Notes under the pieces: model-generated
Seen by the model: only the letters and a program-made list of their open reading frames with translations
What the model was told of the DNA's origin: nothing
Database searches by the model: none
Assembly (NCBI GenBank): GCA_963730185.1
Contig: CAVSQW010000008.1
Coordinates: 544,001 to 608,000 of the forward strand
From: an uncultured Gemmatimonadales bacterium
GTDB taxonomy: Bacteria; Gemmatimonadota; Gemmatimonadetes; Gemmatimonadales; GWC2-71-9
DNA: 64,000 bases
Direction: 5' to 3'
Shown here: one piece after another, positions 7,872 to 19,137 of the stretch
Numbering within the stretch: position 1 is the first letter of the stretch
Layout: each line of letters begins with the position of its first letter
Position numbers and translations under genes: made by a program

Positions 7872-9941
7872 TCAGCGCGAGGCGAGCGACACGAACCAGG
7901 GCGCCAGCACCAGCGACACCACGCTCATCAGCTTGATGAGGATGTTCATGGCCGGGCCCGAGGTGTCCTTGAACGGATCGCCCACGGTGTCGCCGACGAC
8001 GGCCGCCTTGTGGGGATCGGAGCCCTTGCCGCCGTGCGCGCCCGACTCGATGTACTTCTTGGCGTTGTCCCAGGCCCCGCCGGCGTTGGCCATGAAGAGC
8101 GCCATCATCACGCCGGTGACGGTGGCGCCGGCCAGCACGCCGCCCAGCGCCCGGACGCCCAGGAGCGAGCCCACCAGCACGGGCAACAGCACCGCCGCCA
8201 CACCCGGCACCACCATCTCCCGGAGGGCCGCCCTGGTGGAGATGTCCACGCAGCGGGCGCTATCGGGCAGGACGCCCTCCTTGCCCTCGAGCAGGCCCGG
8301 AATCTCCCGGAACTGCCGGCGCACCTCTTCCACCATCCCCTGCGCCGCCCGGCCCACGGCCGTCATGGTCTGGGCGCCGACGAAGAACGGCATCACCCCG
8401 CCGATGAAGAGGCCGATCACCACCATCGGGTCGATCAGGTTGAGCCCCTCGGTGTTGAGGCCCACGGCCGACGCGTAGGCGCTGAACAGGGCCAAAGCCG
8501 TCAGGGCCGCCGAGCCGATGGCGAAGCCTTTGCCGATGGCCGCGGTGGTGTTGCCCAGGGCGTCGAGGCCGTCGGTGATCTTCCGGACGTCCTTGCCGAG
8601 ATGGCTCATCTCGGCGATCCCGCCGGCGTTGTCGGCGATCGGACCGTAGGCGTCGACCGTCATCGTCACCCCGACCGTGGCCAGCATGCCCACCGCCGCG
8701 ATCGAGATCCCGTAGAGTCCCGCCATCTGGTACGACGTGAAGGTCGCGATGCAGATCAGGATTACCGGGACGATGCAGCTCTGCATCCCGACGGCGAGGC
8801 CGGCGATGATGTTGGTCGCGGGGCCGGTCTCGGACGCTTGGGCGATCCGGCGGACCGGACCGGCCGCGGTGTAGTACTCGGTGGCCAGGCCGATCAGGAT
8901 GCCGGCCACGCTGCCCGCCAGCACCGACCAGAAGGGGCCGAGCGGGGGATAGACCAGTGAGCCGTTGGGCTCCAACATCCCGAGCGGCATGCGAGCGGTC
9001 AGGAAATAGGCGAAGACGAGAAAGAGCCCGGCCGCGATGAACGTGACCTGTCGAAGGGCGCCGGCCGGGTTCCCCTTGGCGAGGAGGCGCATCATGAAGA
9101 CGCCGATCAACGACGCGACCAGCCCCGACGCCGTGAAGGCGATCGGGAGCAGCATGGCGGTCAGCCGGTTGCCGTCGGGGATCCGGGTCGAGGTGGCGGC
9201 CAGCGCGATGGTGGCGATCATCGCGCCCACGTAGCTCTCGAAAATGTCGGCGCCGAGGCCGGCCACGTCGCCCACGTTGTCGCCGACGTTGTCGGCGATG
9301 GTGGCGGGGTTCCGGGGGTCGTCCTCCGGGATGCCGGCCTCGATCTTCCCGACCAGGTCGGCGCCCACGTCGGCGGCCTTGGTGTAGATCCCGCCGCCCA
9401 CCCGGGCGAAGAGCGCGATCGACGAGGCACCCATCGCGAAGCCCGCAATGATCTCGGAGAAGGCCTTCACGTCGGTGCTCAGCTCCACCCGTCCCAGCAC
9501 CACGAACACCGTCGCCACGCCGGCCAAGCCCAGGGACGCCACCGCGAGCCCCATGACCGCGCCACCGGAGAACGCGGTCCGGAGGGCCCGGGCCTGGCCC
9601 GCGTCCCGCGCGGCTTCGGCGGTCCGGACGTTGGCCTTGGTGGCCCCCTGCATCCCGATCCAGCCGCTCAGGATCGAGCAGAGCCCGCCCAGGGCGTAGG
9701 CCATCCCCGTCTTGGGGCCGACGGCGAACCCGAGGAGCACGGCAACCAGGACCAGAAACGGCACCAGCACGAGGTACTCGCGCCGCAGGAAGGCCATCGC
9801 GCCGACGTGGATCTGGTCGGCGAGGCCTCTCATGATGGCCGATCCGTCGGGCTGACGCTTGAGCCCGACATAGGTGAGCGCGGTCGCGACCAGGCCGGCC
9901 GCGGCCACGATGAGGGCGTACAACGCGAGGTTGGTGATCAT
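7872..9941 (-). CDS. hppA: Membrane-integral K+-dependent (probably Na+-translocating) pyrophosphatase
   Basis: [49 protein letters not shown] (Ala indicates K+-dependent type), [14 protein letters not shown]. Confidence 0.97.
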   Translation of the reverse strand: MITNLALYALIVAAAGLVATALTYVGLKRQPDGSAIMRGLADQIHVGAMAFLRREYLVLVPFLVLVAVLLGFAVGPKTGMAYALGGLCSILSGWIGMQGATKANVRTAEAARDAGQARALRTAFSGGAVMGLAVASLGLAGVATVFVVLGRVELSTDVKAFSEIIAGFAMGASSIALFARVGGGIYTKAADVGADLVGKIEAGIPEDDPRNPATIADNVGDNVGDVAGLGADIFESYVGAMIATIALAATSTRIPDGNRLTAMLLPIAFTASGLVASLIGVFMMRLLAKGNPAGALRQVTFIAAGLFLVFAYFLTARMPLGMLEPNGSLVYPPLGPFWSVLAGSVAGILIGLATEYYTAAGPVRRIAQASETGPATNIIAGLAVGMQSCIVPVILICIATFTSYQMAGLYGISIAAVGMLATVGVTMTVDAYGPIADNAGGIAEMSHLGKDVRKITDGLDALGNTTAAIGKGFAIGSAALTALALFSAYASAVGLNTEGLNLIDPMVVIGLFIGGVMPFFVGAQTMTAVGRAAQGMVEEVRRQFREIPGLLEGKEGVLPDSARCVDISTRAALREMVVPGVAAVLLPVLVGSLLGVRALGGVLAGATVTGVMMALFMANAGGAWDNAKKYIESGAHGGKGSDPHKAAVVGDTVGDPFKDTSGPAMNILIKLMSVVSLVLAPWFVSLASR

Positions 9942-10627
9942 CGGTTTCTAGGGGTTGGTGGCTCGGGGCCACGGTCCGTTTGTCCGTCCGCCTGGTCCTT
10001 CGCTTGCCGGTCCTGCCCGTCGTCCTCGTCCGCCTTGCCCGACTGAGCGTCCACCTGTCCAGCCGTCCGGTTGTGGCGATTCATCGCCACGTCGATCCCC
10101 TCGGTCAGCCAGCACTCCACCGCGTCCGCCATGGGGTCGAGCAGGGCCTCGATGGCCTCCGCCTCGTCGGGCTCGAACGGGTCGAGCACGTAGTCGGCCA
10201 TGTCGTCGTACTCCGGGGGCAGGGGCCCCACCCCGATCCGGAGCCGGGCGTACTCGGGCGACCGGAGGGCCCCTTCGACGCTCCGCAGTCCGTTGTGTCC
10301 CCCCGGCGAGCCCTTGGCCCGGAGGCGGAACCGGCCAACCGGGAGGGCCACCTCGTCGACCAGCACGAGCAGGTTGCGCGCCGGGTCGAAGCCGGGGTCG
10401 GCCCGGCGCGGACTCAGCACCGCGCCACTCCGGTTCATGTAGGTGAGCGGCTTGATCAGCTCCACGGCCGTGCCGCGTCCCGTGCCCCGCGCCACCCGCA
10501 TCGGGCCCTCGCGCCGGAACTTGAGGCCCCAACGCTCCGCCAGGCGGTCGGCCAGGAGGAAGCCCGCGTTGTGCCGGGTGCCTTCGTACTCGACGCCCGG
10601 GTTGCCCAGGCCGACGATGACCGGCAG
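9938..10627 (-). CDS. pth: Peptidyl-tRNA hydrolase, probable CTG start
   Basis: In-frame upstream of ORF 9938..10501: (L)[22 protein letters not shown]; then [25 protein letters not shown]. The only plausible start is CTG at 10627 after GGGGAGA. Confidence 0.93.
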   Translation of the reverse strand: MPVIVGLGNPGVEYEGTRHNAGFLLADRLAERWGLKFRREGPMRVARGTGRGTAVELIKPLTYMNRSGAVLSPRRADPGFDPARNLLVLVDEVALPVGRFRLRAKGSPGGHNGLRSVEGALRSPEYARLRIGVGPLPPEYDDMADYVLDPFEPDEAEAIEALLDPMADAVECWLTEGIDVAMNRHNRTAGQVDAQSGKADEDDGQDRQAKDQADGQTDRGPEPPTPRNR

Positions 10628-10642
10628 GGTCCGTCTCCCCGG

Positions 10643-11305
10643 CTACTCGGCTTCTTCCTCGTCGGTCGGCTTCGGCTTCCGGATCAGTTCGGGTTCGGTG
10701 GTCGCCTCGACCTCGATGCCCGGCTCGACCGGCGCCTCCTCGACCTTGGCCGCCACGATCGTGCAGAGGGTGACTCCCGCGTCGGTCAGGAGCTCGCCCT
10801 TCTCGATCCGAATGTCGCGCACGTGGAGCGACTGGCCCACCACGAGGGCGGTCACGTCGACCTCGATCTTGTCCGGGATGTCTCCCGGGAGGACCAGGAT
10901 CTCGAGCTCGTGGCGGAGCGCCTCGAACACGCCGCCGCCGTTCCGGACCCCGTCGGCCACGCCGGTAAACGCGATCGGCACCTCGACGCTGATGGCCTCG
11001 TCGGCGTGGACCTCGTAGAAGTCCACGTGGAGGATGTCCGAGGGCCGGGTCGGGTTCCGCTGGATCTCGCGGATCAGGGCCTTGATCGGGGTGCGGTCGG
11101 CCACCGTCACGTCGACCAGGGTGGTGAGGGCGCTCACCCTGGCCAGCAACCGCTCCAAGGCGGTGGCATCCAGGTCGAGGGCCTCCGGGTCGCGGCCCCG
11201 GCCGTAGATGACGGCGGGTACCCGCCCGGCGCGGCGGAGCGTGCGGGCCACACCCTTGCCGGTGGTGGTGCGGGCGTTGGCCGAGAGCGAAGCTGTCTGG
11301 GGCAT
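10643..11305 (-). CDS. rplY: 50S ribosomal protein L25/Ctc
   Basis: GKGVARTLRRAGRVPAVIYG, ILHVDF, GVRNGGG, long Ctc-type C-terminal domain. Confidence 0.96.
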   Translation of the reverse strand: MPQTASLSANARTTTGKGVARTLRRAGRVPAVIYGRGRDPEALDLDATALERLLARVSALTTLVDVTVADRTPIKALIREIQRNPTRPSDILHVDFYEVHADEAISVEVPIAFTGVADGVRNGGGVFEALRHELEILVLPGDIPDKIEVDVTALVVGQSLHVRDIRIEKGELLTDAGVTLCTIVAAKVEEAPVEPGIEVEATTEPELIRKPKPTDEEEAE

Positions 11306-11324
11306 CCTTGGTATTCCTTCCGTC

Positions 11325-12284
11325 TCAATCGAACAGCGAGCTGACCGACTGGTCGCTGTGGGTATAGCCGATCGCCTTGGCGAGGAGCCCCGCGATCGAA
11401 AGCACCTTCAACTTGTCGAAGACCTTGGCCTCGGGGATCGCGATCGTGTTGGTGACCGCGATCTCCTTCACCGGCGCCTCCACCAGCCGCTCGACGGCCG
11501 GCCCGCTCAGCAGGGCGTGGGTGGCGCAAATGTAAATGTCGCCGGCCCCGAGCCGCTTCAGCGCGACCGCCGCCTCGGCCATGGTGCCGCCGGTATCGAT
11601 CATGTCGTCGGGGATGAGGCAGTCCTTGCCCTCCACGTCGCCCACGACGTTGACCACTTCCGCCACGTTCATCGCGGTCCGCCGCTTGTCGATGATCGCG
11701 AAGCCGGCGTTCAGCCGCTTGGCGAACCCGCGGGCCATCTTGGCGCCGCCCACGTCCGAGGCCACCACCGCCAGGTTCTGGAGATTCTTCTGGCGATAGT
11801 GGTTCACGAACACCGGGGCCGAATAGAGATGGTCGACCGGCAGATCGAAGAAACCCTGGAGCTGATGCTGATGGAAATCGATCGCCAGGACCCGGTCGGC
11901 GCCCGCAATCGACACCATGTTGGCCATCAGCTTGGCGCTGATTGCCACCCGGGGCTGGTCCTTCCGGTCCTGGCGCGCGTAGCCGAAGTACGGAATGACC
12001 GAGGTGATCCGAGCGGCGCTGGCCCGCCGGGCGGCATCCATCAGGAGCAGGAGCTCGAGAAGATTGTCGCCCGGCGGGTTAGTGGGCTGAATGATATAGA
12101 CGTCGCGTCCCCGCACGTTCTCGTCGATCTTGACGAAGATCTCGCCGTCCGAGAACCGCCGAATGGTCGCCTTGCAAAGCGGCTGCCCGAGCTCGCTCGA
12201 CACCTGTTCGGAGAGACTCCGATTGGCCGTGCCCGAGAGAAGCATCATGGGGCTCAGGACCTGCGATTGGTTCGCCAAAGCCAT
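11325..12284 (-). CDS. prs: Ribose-phosphate pyrophosphokinase
   Basis: FSDGE, ENVRGRDV, PYFGYARQDRK, DDMIDTGGT, ATHALLSG; ATG at 12284. Confidence 0.97.
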   Translation of the reverse strand: MALANQSQVLSPMMLLSGTANRSLSEQVSSELGQPLCKATIRRFSDGEIFVKIDENVRGRDVYIIQPTNPPGDNLLELLLLMDAARRASAARITSVIPYFGYARQDRKDQPRVAISAKLMANMVSIAGADRVLAIDFHQHQLQGFFDLPVDHLYSAPVFVNHYRQKNLQNLAVVASDVGGAKMARGFAKRLNAGFAIIDKRRTAMNVAEVVNVVGDVEGKDCLIPDDMIDTGGTMAEAAVALKRLGAGDIYICATHALLSGPAVERLVEAPVKEIAVTNTIAIPEAKVFDKLKVLSIAGLLAKAIGYTHSDQSVSSLFD

Positions 12285-12298
12285 AGCCCCTAAATCTA
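12285..12298 (-). promoter_or_regulatory. -10 element of a probable leaderless prs promoter
   Basis: TAGATT-TAGGGGCT-ATG (8-nt spacer). Confidence 0.55.
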
Positions 12299-12447
12299 TT
12301 CTGGCGAGTCGGTTAGAGCAATGCGCGCGGGAGGGCTGCGCTGATCGACCCAATCAGCACCGGAGGGTGCGGCGGGGTGGGAGGGACGGGGAGGGTGGGG
12401 GGCCGCCAGCGCCCCGGAACCCCTCCCCGCCGCCCTCGCCCTGGTTC

Positions 12448-15400
12448 CTACCGCTCGGGTGGGCCCCGCTTCTCGTATCTCGGCCTGGCGGGCGGGGTTG
12501 GTGGGTGCGCCTTCAACTGATCCGTCACCTCGCGGATGGCCCGGTCGAGCTGGGGGTCGACGCCCCGGGCCAGCTGGGCGGGGTCGTCCACCACCGGGAT
12601 GTCCGGCTCGACGCCGTGACCCTCCGGGAACCAGGTCCCCTTGGGGTCGTACATCCGGAAGGTGGGTGAGGTGATGGTCCCGCCGTCCACCAGGGTCGGC
12701 AGCCCGGAGATCCCGATCAGCCCGCCCCAGGTACGCTGGCCGATCAAGGGGCCGAGCCCGGCTTCCCGGAAGAAGAAGGGGAAGGCGTCGCCGCCCGACC
12801 CGCTCCAGCCATTGATCAGCATGGCCATCGGCCCGCGGTGCGCCACCGGCGGCCACTGCCAGTCCTGGCCGAAGCGCACCGCCCAGTAGGCCAGCATGGG
12901 GCGGTTCAGCAGCTCGATGAAGCGGTCCGGGATCTGGCCGCCGCTGTTCCACCGCTCGTCGACGATCAGGCCGGGCTTCTTCCACTGGGCCATGAACTGT
13001 CGCACCAGCTCGTCCTGCGCGTCCTGGCCGGTGCTCTGGACGTAGAGGTAACCGACCTGGCCATCGGTCGCCTTGTCGACCTGCTCCCGGCGCCGCTCGA
13101 TCCACTCCCGGAAGCGGAGCTCGACCTCGCTCGGGATCGTGGTCACCAGCACCGTCACGGGCCCCGGCCGGGGTCGGCCGGTCGTTGACCGTGAGGCGCA
13201 CGGTCTGGCCGGCGAGGCCCTGGAACGCGGCCCACGGGTCCTTGGCCGGGTCGAGGGGGATGCCGTTGACGGCCAGGACGTAGTCGCCCTCGTGGATGCT
13301 CACGCCGGGCTGGTCCAGCGGGGGCCCGGGCGTCGGCATCCCAGGGGCCGCCCTTCACGATGTGGGCGATCCGGTAGGCGCCGCCGTCGAGCGCCCAGTC
13401 GACCCCGAGCATCCCGACCCCGCGGGCGGGCCCCCGCTCCTCGTCGCCGCCGCCGTTGTAGGTGTGCGACGAGCTCAGCTCGGCGATGAACTCGCCCAGG
13501 ACCCAGTTCACGTCCCAGCGGGTGACGGCGTCGTCGATCAGCTTGCCGTAGCGGTCCCGCATCGCCTCCCAGTCGACCCCGTGCATGTTGGGGTCGTAGA
13601 AGTAGTCGCGCTCGAAGCGATAGGCGTCGGTGAAGATCTGCTTCCACTCGGCCCGCGGGTTCACCGTCGCCTCCATCTCGGCGGTCCGGAGCGGCTTCTC
13701 GAACTTCTGACCCGGCTTGAGGTCGACGATCGCGAAGGCCCGCCGCTGGCGGACCAGGAGCTTCTTGCCGTCGGCGCTCAGCTGGACGCCGGCGGCGTCG
13801 TCGAGGACCGTCTGCTCCTTCCGCTCGGCCAGGTCGTAGTAGACCACCGGGCTCTTGTCGTCGGCGGAGCCGGTCCGGGGGCGGCGGCGGTAGACGACCT
13901 TGCCCTTGGCCGCGCCGAGGTCGGCGTAGTTCCCCGCGGCCGGGGGCAGGATCACGGCCCGGCTCTCGAAGCCCGTCGAGGTCGATCTCCACGGGCTTGG
14001 TCCCGGTGTCGCCGGCGGCCGACTTGGGACCGGCGGCGGGTCTTGGCGGTGGCCTTGGCGGCCGCGGAGGTGTCGGCGGCGTCCGGCTCGGCATCGTCGC
14101 GCGCGGCCAGGGGCGACGGCACGTCGGGCCGGAGCGGGACCGCGATGATCCGGGTCGGGTTGGGGTAGGTCCAGCTGTTGTCGAAGGCGCCGTAGACGGC
14201 GTCGAAGGTCCGGTTGGAGAAGAAGTAGAGATACTTCCCGTCGGGGTCGAACACCGGGTCGGCGTCGCTGAAGTAGCCGCTGGTGGCCTGGCTGAGGCGG
14301 CCGTTGGCGGCGTCGTACAGGAACACCGCGCTGTTCGAGGTCGCGATGACCGGGCGGGCATAGCTCAGCCAGCGCGAATCGGGCGACCAGGCCATCCGGA
14401 AGCCGTTGAGGGCCCCGTCGCTGGCCCAGACGCGGCTGGAGTCGATGACACTGGTCCGGTTCCGGTCCAGGTCGTAGAGGTGGATCCGGGCCCGCTGGTC
14501 GACGAACGCCAGCTTCTTGCCGTCGGGCGACCAGTAGGGGGTGTAGCGGAAGCCGGCGCCGAGACTGGTGAGCGTGCGCTCGGCGCCGGAGCCGTCGGCG
14601 GGCCGGACGGTCAGCTCGTACTCGCCGGAGCGATCGCTGAAGTAGGCGACGCTCTTGCCGTCCGGCGACCAGCTCGGGTTTCGCTCGGCCACGCCGGAGC
14701 TCCGGGTCAGGTCGAGCACCGGCCCGTGCTCGGCCGGAACGGTGAAGAGGTCGCCCCGGGCCGCGAACAGGGCCCGCTTGCCGGTGGGCGAGATCCAGGC
14801 CGACTGGATCAGCCCGGCGACCGGCTCCTGCCGGGGCCGGAGGGTGATCGCGTCGGTCACCACCTGAACCGGCACCTCGACCTGCCGCTCGGTGGGCAGC
14901 TCCAGCCGATAGAGCCGGCCGCCGGCCTGGAAGACGATGTCGGACGGGCCGATGGCGGGGAAGGTGATGTCGAAGTCGCGGAAGTGGGTCACCTGGCGCA
15001 TCGCCTTGGTGCCCCGGTTCCAGGCCCAGATGTTGTACCGCTGCTCGGGGCCGCGGTCGGAGAGGAAGTAGAGCGTGTCGCCGTGCCACATCGGCTGGCC
15101 GTCGTTGGCCGGATTGTCGGTGATGTTGACGGCCGACGAATCGGTCAGGTCGAAGACCCAGATGTCGGGGGCCCAGCCGCCCCGGTAGCGCTTCCAGTTC
15201 CGGAAGTCGCGCGACTTGGGGGTGTAGGCGAGCAGCCGCCCGTCGGGCGAGATCGCGCCGAACTCGCCATAGGGCAGCGGCAGCTTCGTCGGGCAGGCCC
15301 GCCGTCCGCGTCGACCCGGTAGAGCTGGTTGTAACGCTGGCGGCCGCTCTCCCGGCTCGAGGCGAACAGCAGCGCGCTTGCCGTCGGGGTGCCAGTCGAC

Positions 15401-15738
15401 CAGGCGGTCCGGCATGGGGTGGTAGGTGACCCGCACCGGCATCGCCGCCGGTCGGTGGGGATCACGTAGACGTCCTGGTTGCCGTCGTAGTTGGCGGTGA
15501 AGGCGATCCGGGTGCCGTCGGGCGAGAACCGGGGGAACGACTCCTCGCCCCGCGGCGAGCTGAGCCGGTGGGCGACGCCGCCGGTCTTGGGCACGACCCA
15601 GATGTCGCCGGCGTAGACGAAGGTGATCTCGGTGGCGGAGACGTCCGGGTAGCGGAACATCCGGGCGTCGACCTGCGCGGCGAGCCTCGAGGGCCCGAGC
15701 GCGACGGCTATGGTGGCAAGCGCGAAGAGAGAGCGCAC
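12448..15738 (-). CDS. Tricorn protease homolog (S41 family; beta-propellers, PDZ, catalytic domain), broken by several frameshifts (likely sequence errors)
   Basis: Signal peptide then RMFRYPDVS...ITFVYAGDIW, PRFSPDG, WKRYRGG, repeated WSPDG/FDPDG, FYDPNMHGVDW, ELSSSH, DERWNSGG, SGSGGD, GQRTWGGLIG, EGHGVEPDI, spread across ORFs 15145..15762, 13952..15442, 13155..15089, 12296..13339 and 12448..13158. Confidence 0.9.
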
Positions 15739-15830
15739 GGTAGAACTCCCGTGAAGAGGCACGGCGGTCGAACTGCAGTGCCAGGGAGCCTATGGACCCG
15801 GTCGGCGGGCGTCAACCTCGGCGGGCCGGA

Positions 15831-17318
15831 TCAGTGGGCGTCGGCGTTCCGGATCAGGTTGGTGAAGAACCCCACCGAGGTGGCGAAGTCGTCGACCCCG
15901 ACCCGTTCGTCGGTGCCGTGGACCCGCTCGAGGTCGCCGTCCTTGAGGGCCACGCCCAGGAAGCGGAAGACCCGGTCGCTGTGGGGCGCCCAGTACTTGG
16001 CGTCGGTGCCCCCCATGACCAGGTAGGGAAGGACCGGGAGGGCCTGGCCGGGGAGCATCTGCCGGATCGACCGGGTTACGATTTCGTAGCCGGGCGATTG
16101 CACGTCGGACACCAGCGAGGGATCGACCCCGGTGCTGTCGAGCAGCGCCACCGTGACCCGGGCGTCGCCGATGGTGCGGGTGACCCGCTCCCGGACCGTG
16201 GCAATGGTTTCGCCCGGGGAGGATCCGGAAGTTCACGACGCCGTCGCCTCGGTCGGGAGCACGTTGTCCTTGATCCCGGCCTGGAGCATGGTCGGCGCGG
16301 TGGTGGTGCGCAGCATCGCCGCGGTGGAGGGCGTGGCGCTCATCGCGCCGGTGACCACGGGCCGGAAGAGCCAGAGGTTGGCGAGCGCGAGCCGCCGAGC
16401 CGAAGGGCACCCCGGGCCGCCATGGCGTCGAGGAGTCCTGCGACCGGGCGCCGTGAGCGCGAGCCGGGAAGGGGTGTTCTTCGAGGCGCGTGATGCGCCC
16501 GGGCCAGGGTCCCGACCGCGGTCTCGCGGGGCGGCATCGACGAGTGGCCCCCGGCGGCCTTCGCGGTGAGGGCTCGAGGCTCACGTAGCCCTTCTCGGCG
16601 ATGCCCACGATCGCCGTCGGACCCTCGACGCCCGGCACGAGCTCCCTCGGTCATCGCGCCGCCCTCGTCCAGCGACCAGGTACGGCTGACCCCGCGGCCG
16701 CCAGCAGCGTCGACGATCCGCCGGGCGCCGTAGCGCCGCCGACCTCCTCGTCGTGGCCGAAGGCAGAGGTAGAAGGTCCGGGCTCGGGCTGGAGGCCCTT
16801 GCTGGAGCAGCGACTCGATCGCCTCGAGGATCCCGACCACGCGTCACCTTGTCGTCGAGGGCGCCGCGCCCCCAGACGAAGCCGTCGGCGATCTCGCCCG
16901 CGAAGGGCGGGTGGGTCCAGTCGGCGGGGCTTCGTTCGGGCACCGGGACCACGTCCTGGTGGCCCATCAGCACCAGCGGCGGGAGGGTGGGGTCGGTGCC
17001 GCGCCAGGTGTAGAGGAGGCTCAGCCCGCCGACCACCTCGCGCTGGAGGTGCTGGGTGACGAGGGGATGGGTGTCGGCCAGATACTGGTGGAGGCCGAGG
17101 AAGGCGGTCGTGTCGATCGGGCCGCCGGACGAGAGCGAGACGGTGGGAAAGCGCACCGCGCCGGCCAGGTGCTCCGCGGCCTGATGGTGATCGAGCTGGG
17201 GCGGGACGCCGGCCGGGACCTCGGCGGAGGAAGGCGGGCGGACCAGCAGGGTGCGAGCGACCATAACCCCCGCGAGGGCCAGCAAGAGGAGCACGACGAC
17301 GCCGAGGAGCTTCTTCAT
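15831..17318 (-). CDS. M20 family metallo-carboxypeptidase (PM20D1/CPS1-like), multiple frameshifts
   Basis: N-terminal TM anchor, LMGHQDVVP, WGRGALDDK, FGHDEEVGG, LDEGG, GIAEKG, GGHSSMPP, GGTDAKY, RVHGTDER across several frames. Confidence 0.88.
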
Positions 17319-17551
17319 CCGAAAGCCTGGGGAGGGGACGCGATAAGCCTACTGGCGGACGGCCAAGGGGGCCAGGGCGGCGGCCGGTAACCCAGTCAAA
17401 CCGGAGGCCGTATATTCGGGAACCCGGCCCTGGGGAGGAGTCTCCCGCGGGCCGGAGGACCACCCACCGGTGACCGACGAACAGGACCATACGGGTTCGC
17501 AATCGCAGGACTGACGGGTGGTCACGAGACCCACTCGCAGAGGAGGACCCG

Positions 17552-18097
17552 ATGTCGAATCTTGCCTCGCGCGCGTCCGTCGCCGTGTGGACGTTGACGG
17601 CGCTGACGATGCTGACGGGTTGTGGGAGTGGGAAGTCGCGGCCGGCTGCCAATACGCCGGCAACGATCGATCAGGACAGCGCCGCGGCGGAATCGGTGCT
17701 CGCTTCGTTCGGCAAGGCCAAGGCGCCGGCCGTTCCCAAGGTACCGTTCAACGGCCAACCCTGTCAGTCGCTCTCGGTCGCCGACCTGAACTCGCTCGGC
17801 ATCGGGACGGACCAAGCGAAGCCGGATCGTGCTCCGGCCACCCTGACGATCGACAACTATTGCACCTACACCAGCAACAGCCAGGACGCGCAGGTGGGGT
17901 ACATGACGGAGGGCGACTACGACATGAACCACGACGGGAACCGGCGGACCTCGCGCGCGGCGCCGGCGGACCTGCGCGGCGCGTTTTATGATCGCCAGGG
18001 TGGGCTCTGGTTCGCGAAGGATGGCTACTACGTGGTGATCGCCGGCGCGAGCCGCTACAAGGAGCAGGTGGCCCACATCGTCGTCGCCAAGCTCTGA
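17552..18097 (+). CDS. Hypothetical lipoprotein (DUF3558-like pattern)
   Basis: GAGGAGG SD; lipobox LTGC; PC..LS..DL..LG and a later CTY pair typical of DUF3558-like lipoproteins. Confidence 0.7.
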   Translation: MSNLASRASVAVWTLTALTMLTGCGSGKSRPAANTPATIDQDSAAAESVLASFGKAKAPAVPKVPFNGQPCQSLSVADLNSLGIGTDQAKPDRAPATLTIDNYCTYTSNSQDAQVGYMTEGDYDMNHDGNRRTSRAAPADLRGAFYDRQGGLWFAKDGYYVVIAGASRYKEQVAHIVVAKL

Positions 18098-18136
18098 CGG
18101 GGCGGCGGGCGAGGCGGTTCGGGGAGCTCGGTGCAA

Positions 18137-18207
18137 TTGGCCCCGGTGGATTCGAACCACCATTCTCAGATCCAAAGTCTGATGTCCTGCCATTGGACGA
18201 GGGGCCA
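18137..18207 (-). tRNA. tRNA-Gln(TTG)
   Basis: TGGCCCCTCGTCCAATGGCAGGACATCAGACTTTGGATCTGAGAATGGTGGTTCGAATCCACCGGGGCCAA; cloverleaf, anticodon TTG, CCA not encoded. Confidence 0.97.
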
Positions 18208-18260
18208 GCGGTCGACCGGCTAAGGTTAATCCCCGGCCGCCCGACGAGAAAGGTTGCGGC

Positions 18261-19137
18261 TCAGGCGGTCTCCGTCGCCACGACCGCCCCGAGTTTCCGC
18301 CCCAGGGTCATCTTGGCGTCGTCCCGGTCGCGCTCGCTCCGGTACACGCCGAAGACGGTCGATCCGGATCCGCTCATCCGGCAGAGCAGCGGGCCGGTGC
18401 CGGCCAGCGCTTCGAACGCGGCCCGCACCTCGGGCACCTTCCCGAACACCGCCGACTCGAAGTCGTTGCCCGCCATCCGGGCCACGTCGCTCCAGCGGGA
18501 GACCGCGTCGAGGTCGAGGCAGAGCGAGCCCTCGGGAGCCGGCGTGCTCCCGGGCGGCGTCGACCCAGGCGTAGGCCTCGCGGGTGGCGATCGAGACCGG
18601 GGGGCTCACCAGCAGCGCCGGAGCGCGGGGCAGGGGCGGGAGGCGGAGCAGGCGCTCGCCGTGGCCCCACCCCAGCGCCAGGGAGGCCTCGCTGAGCAGG
18701 AACGGCACGTCGGCGCCGAGCCGGGCGGCGTAGTGAAAGAGCTCGGCCCGGGGCACGGCGTTCCCGGCCAGCTGGCTCACCGCCAGAATCGCCGCCGCCC
18801 CGTCCGACGAGCCGCCGCCCAGGCCGGCTCCGACCGGAATCCGCTTGGTGAGCCGGAGATGGACGCCGAACCGGTTGCCGGTGGCGGCCAGCACCAGCTT
18901 GGCTCCCCGAACTGCCAGGTTCTCCTCGGCCGGTCCCAGGTCGGGCCCGTCCGTCTCGAGGCTGACCACGCCGCCCTCGCCCCGCCGCTCCACCACCAGC
19001 TCGTCGGCCAGGGCGAGACGACAGAAAAGGGTTTCGATCCCGTGGTATCCGCTCGTCTCCCGCGCCAGCACCCGGAGCAGGAGGTTGACTTTGGCGGGCG
19101 CCTCCCTGGTAACGGCGTCGGGCGCGGTGGCGGTCAC
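18261..19137 (-). CDS. ispE: 4-diphosphocytidyl-2-C-methyl-D-erythritol kinase, frameshift near 18520
   Basis: APAKVNLLL, GYHGIET, ENLAVR, KRIPVGAGLGGGSSDGAA, LGADVPF, then NDFE, RMSGSGSTVFG in another frame; GTG start overlaps the upstream TGA. Confidence 0.93.
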
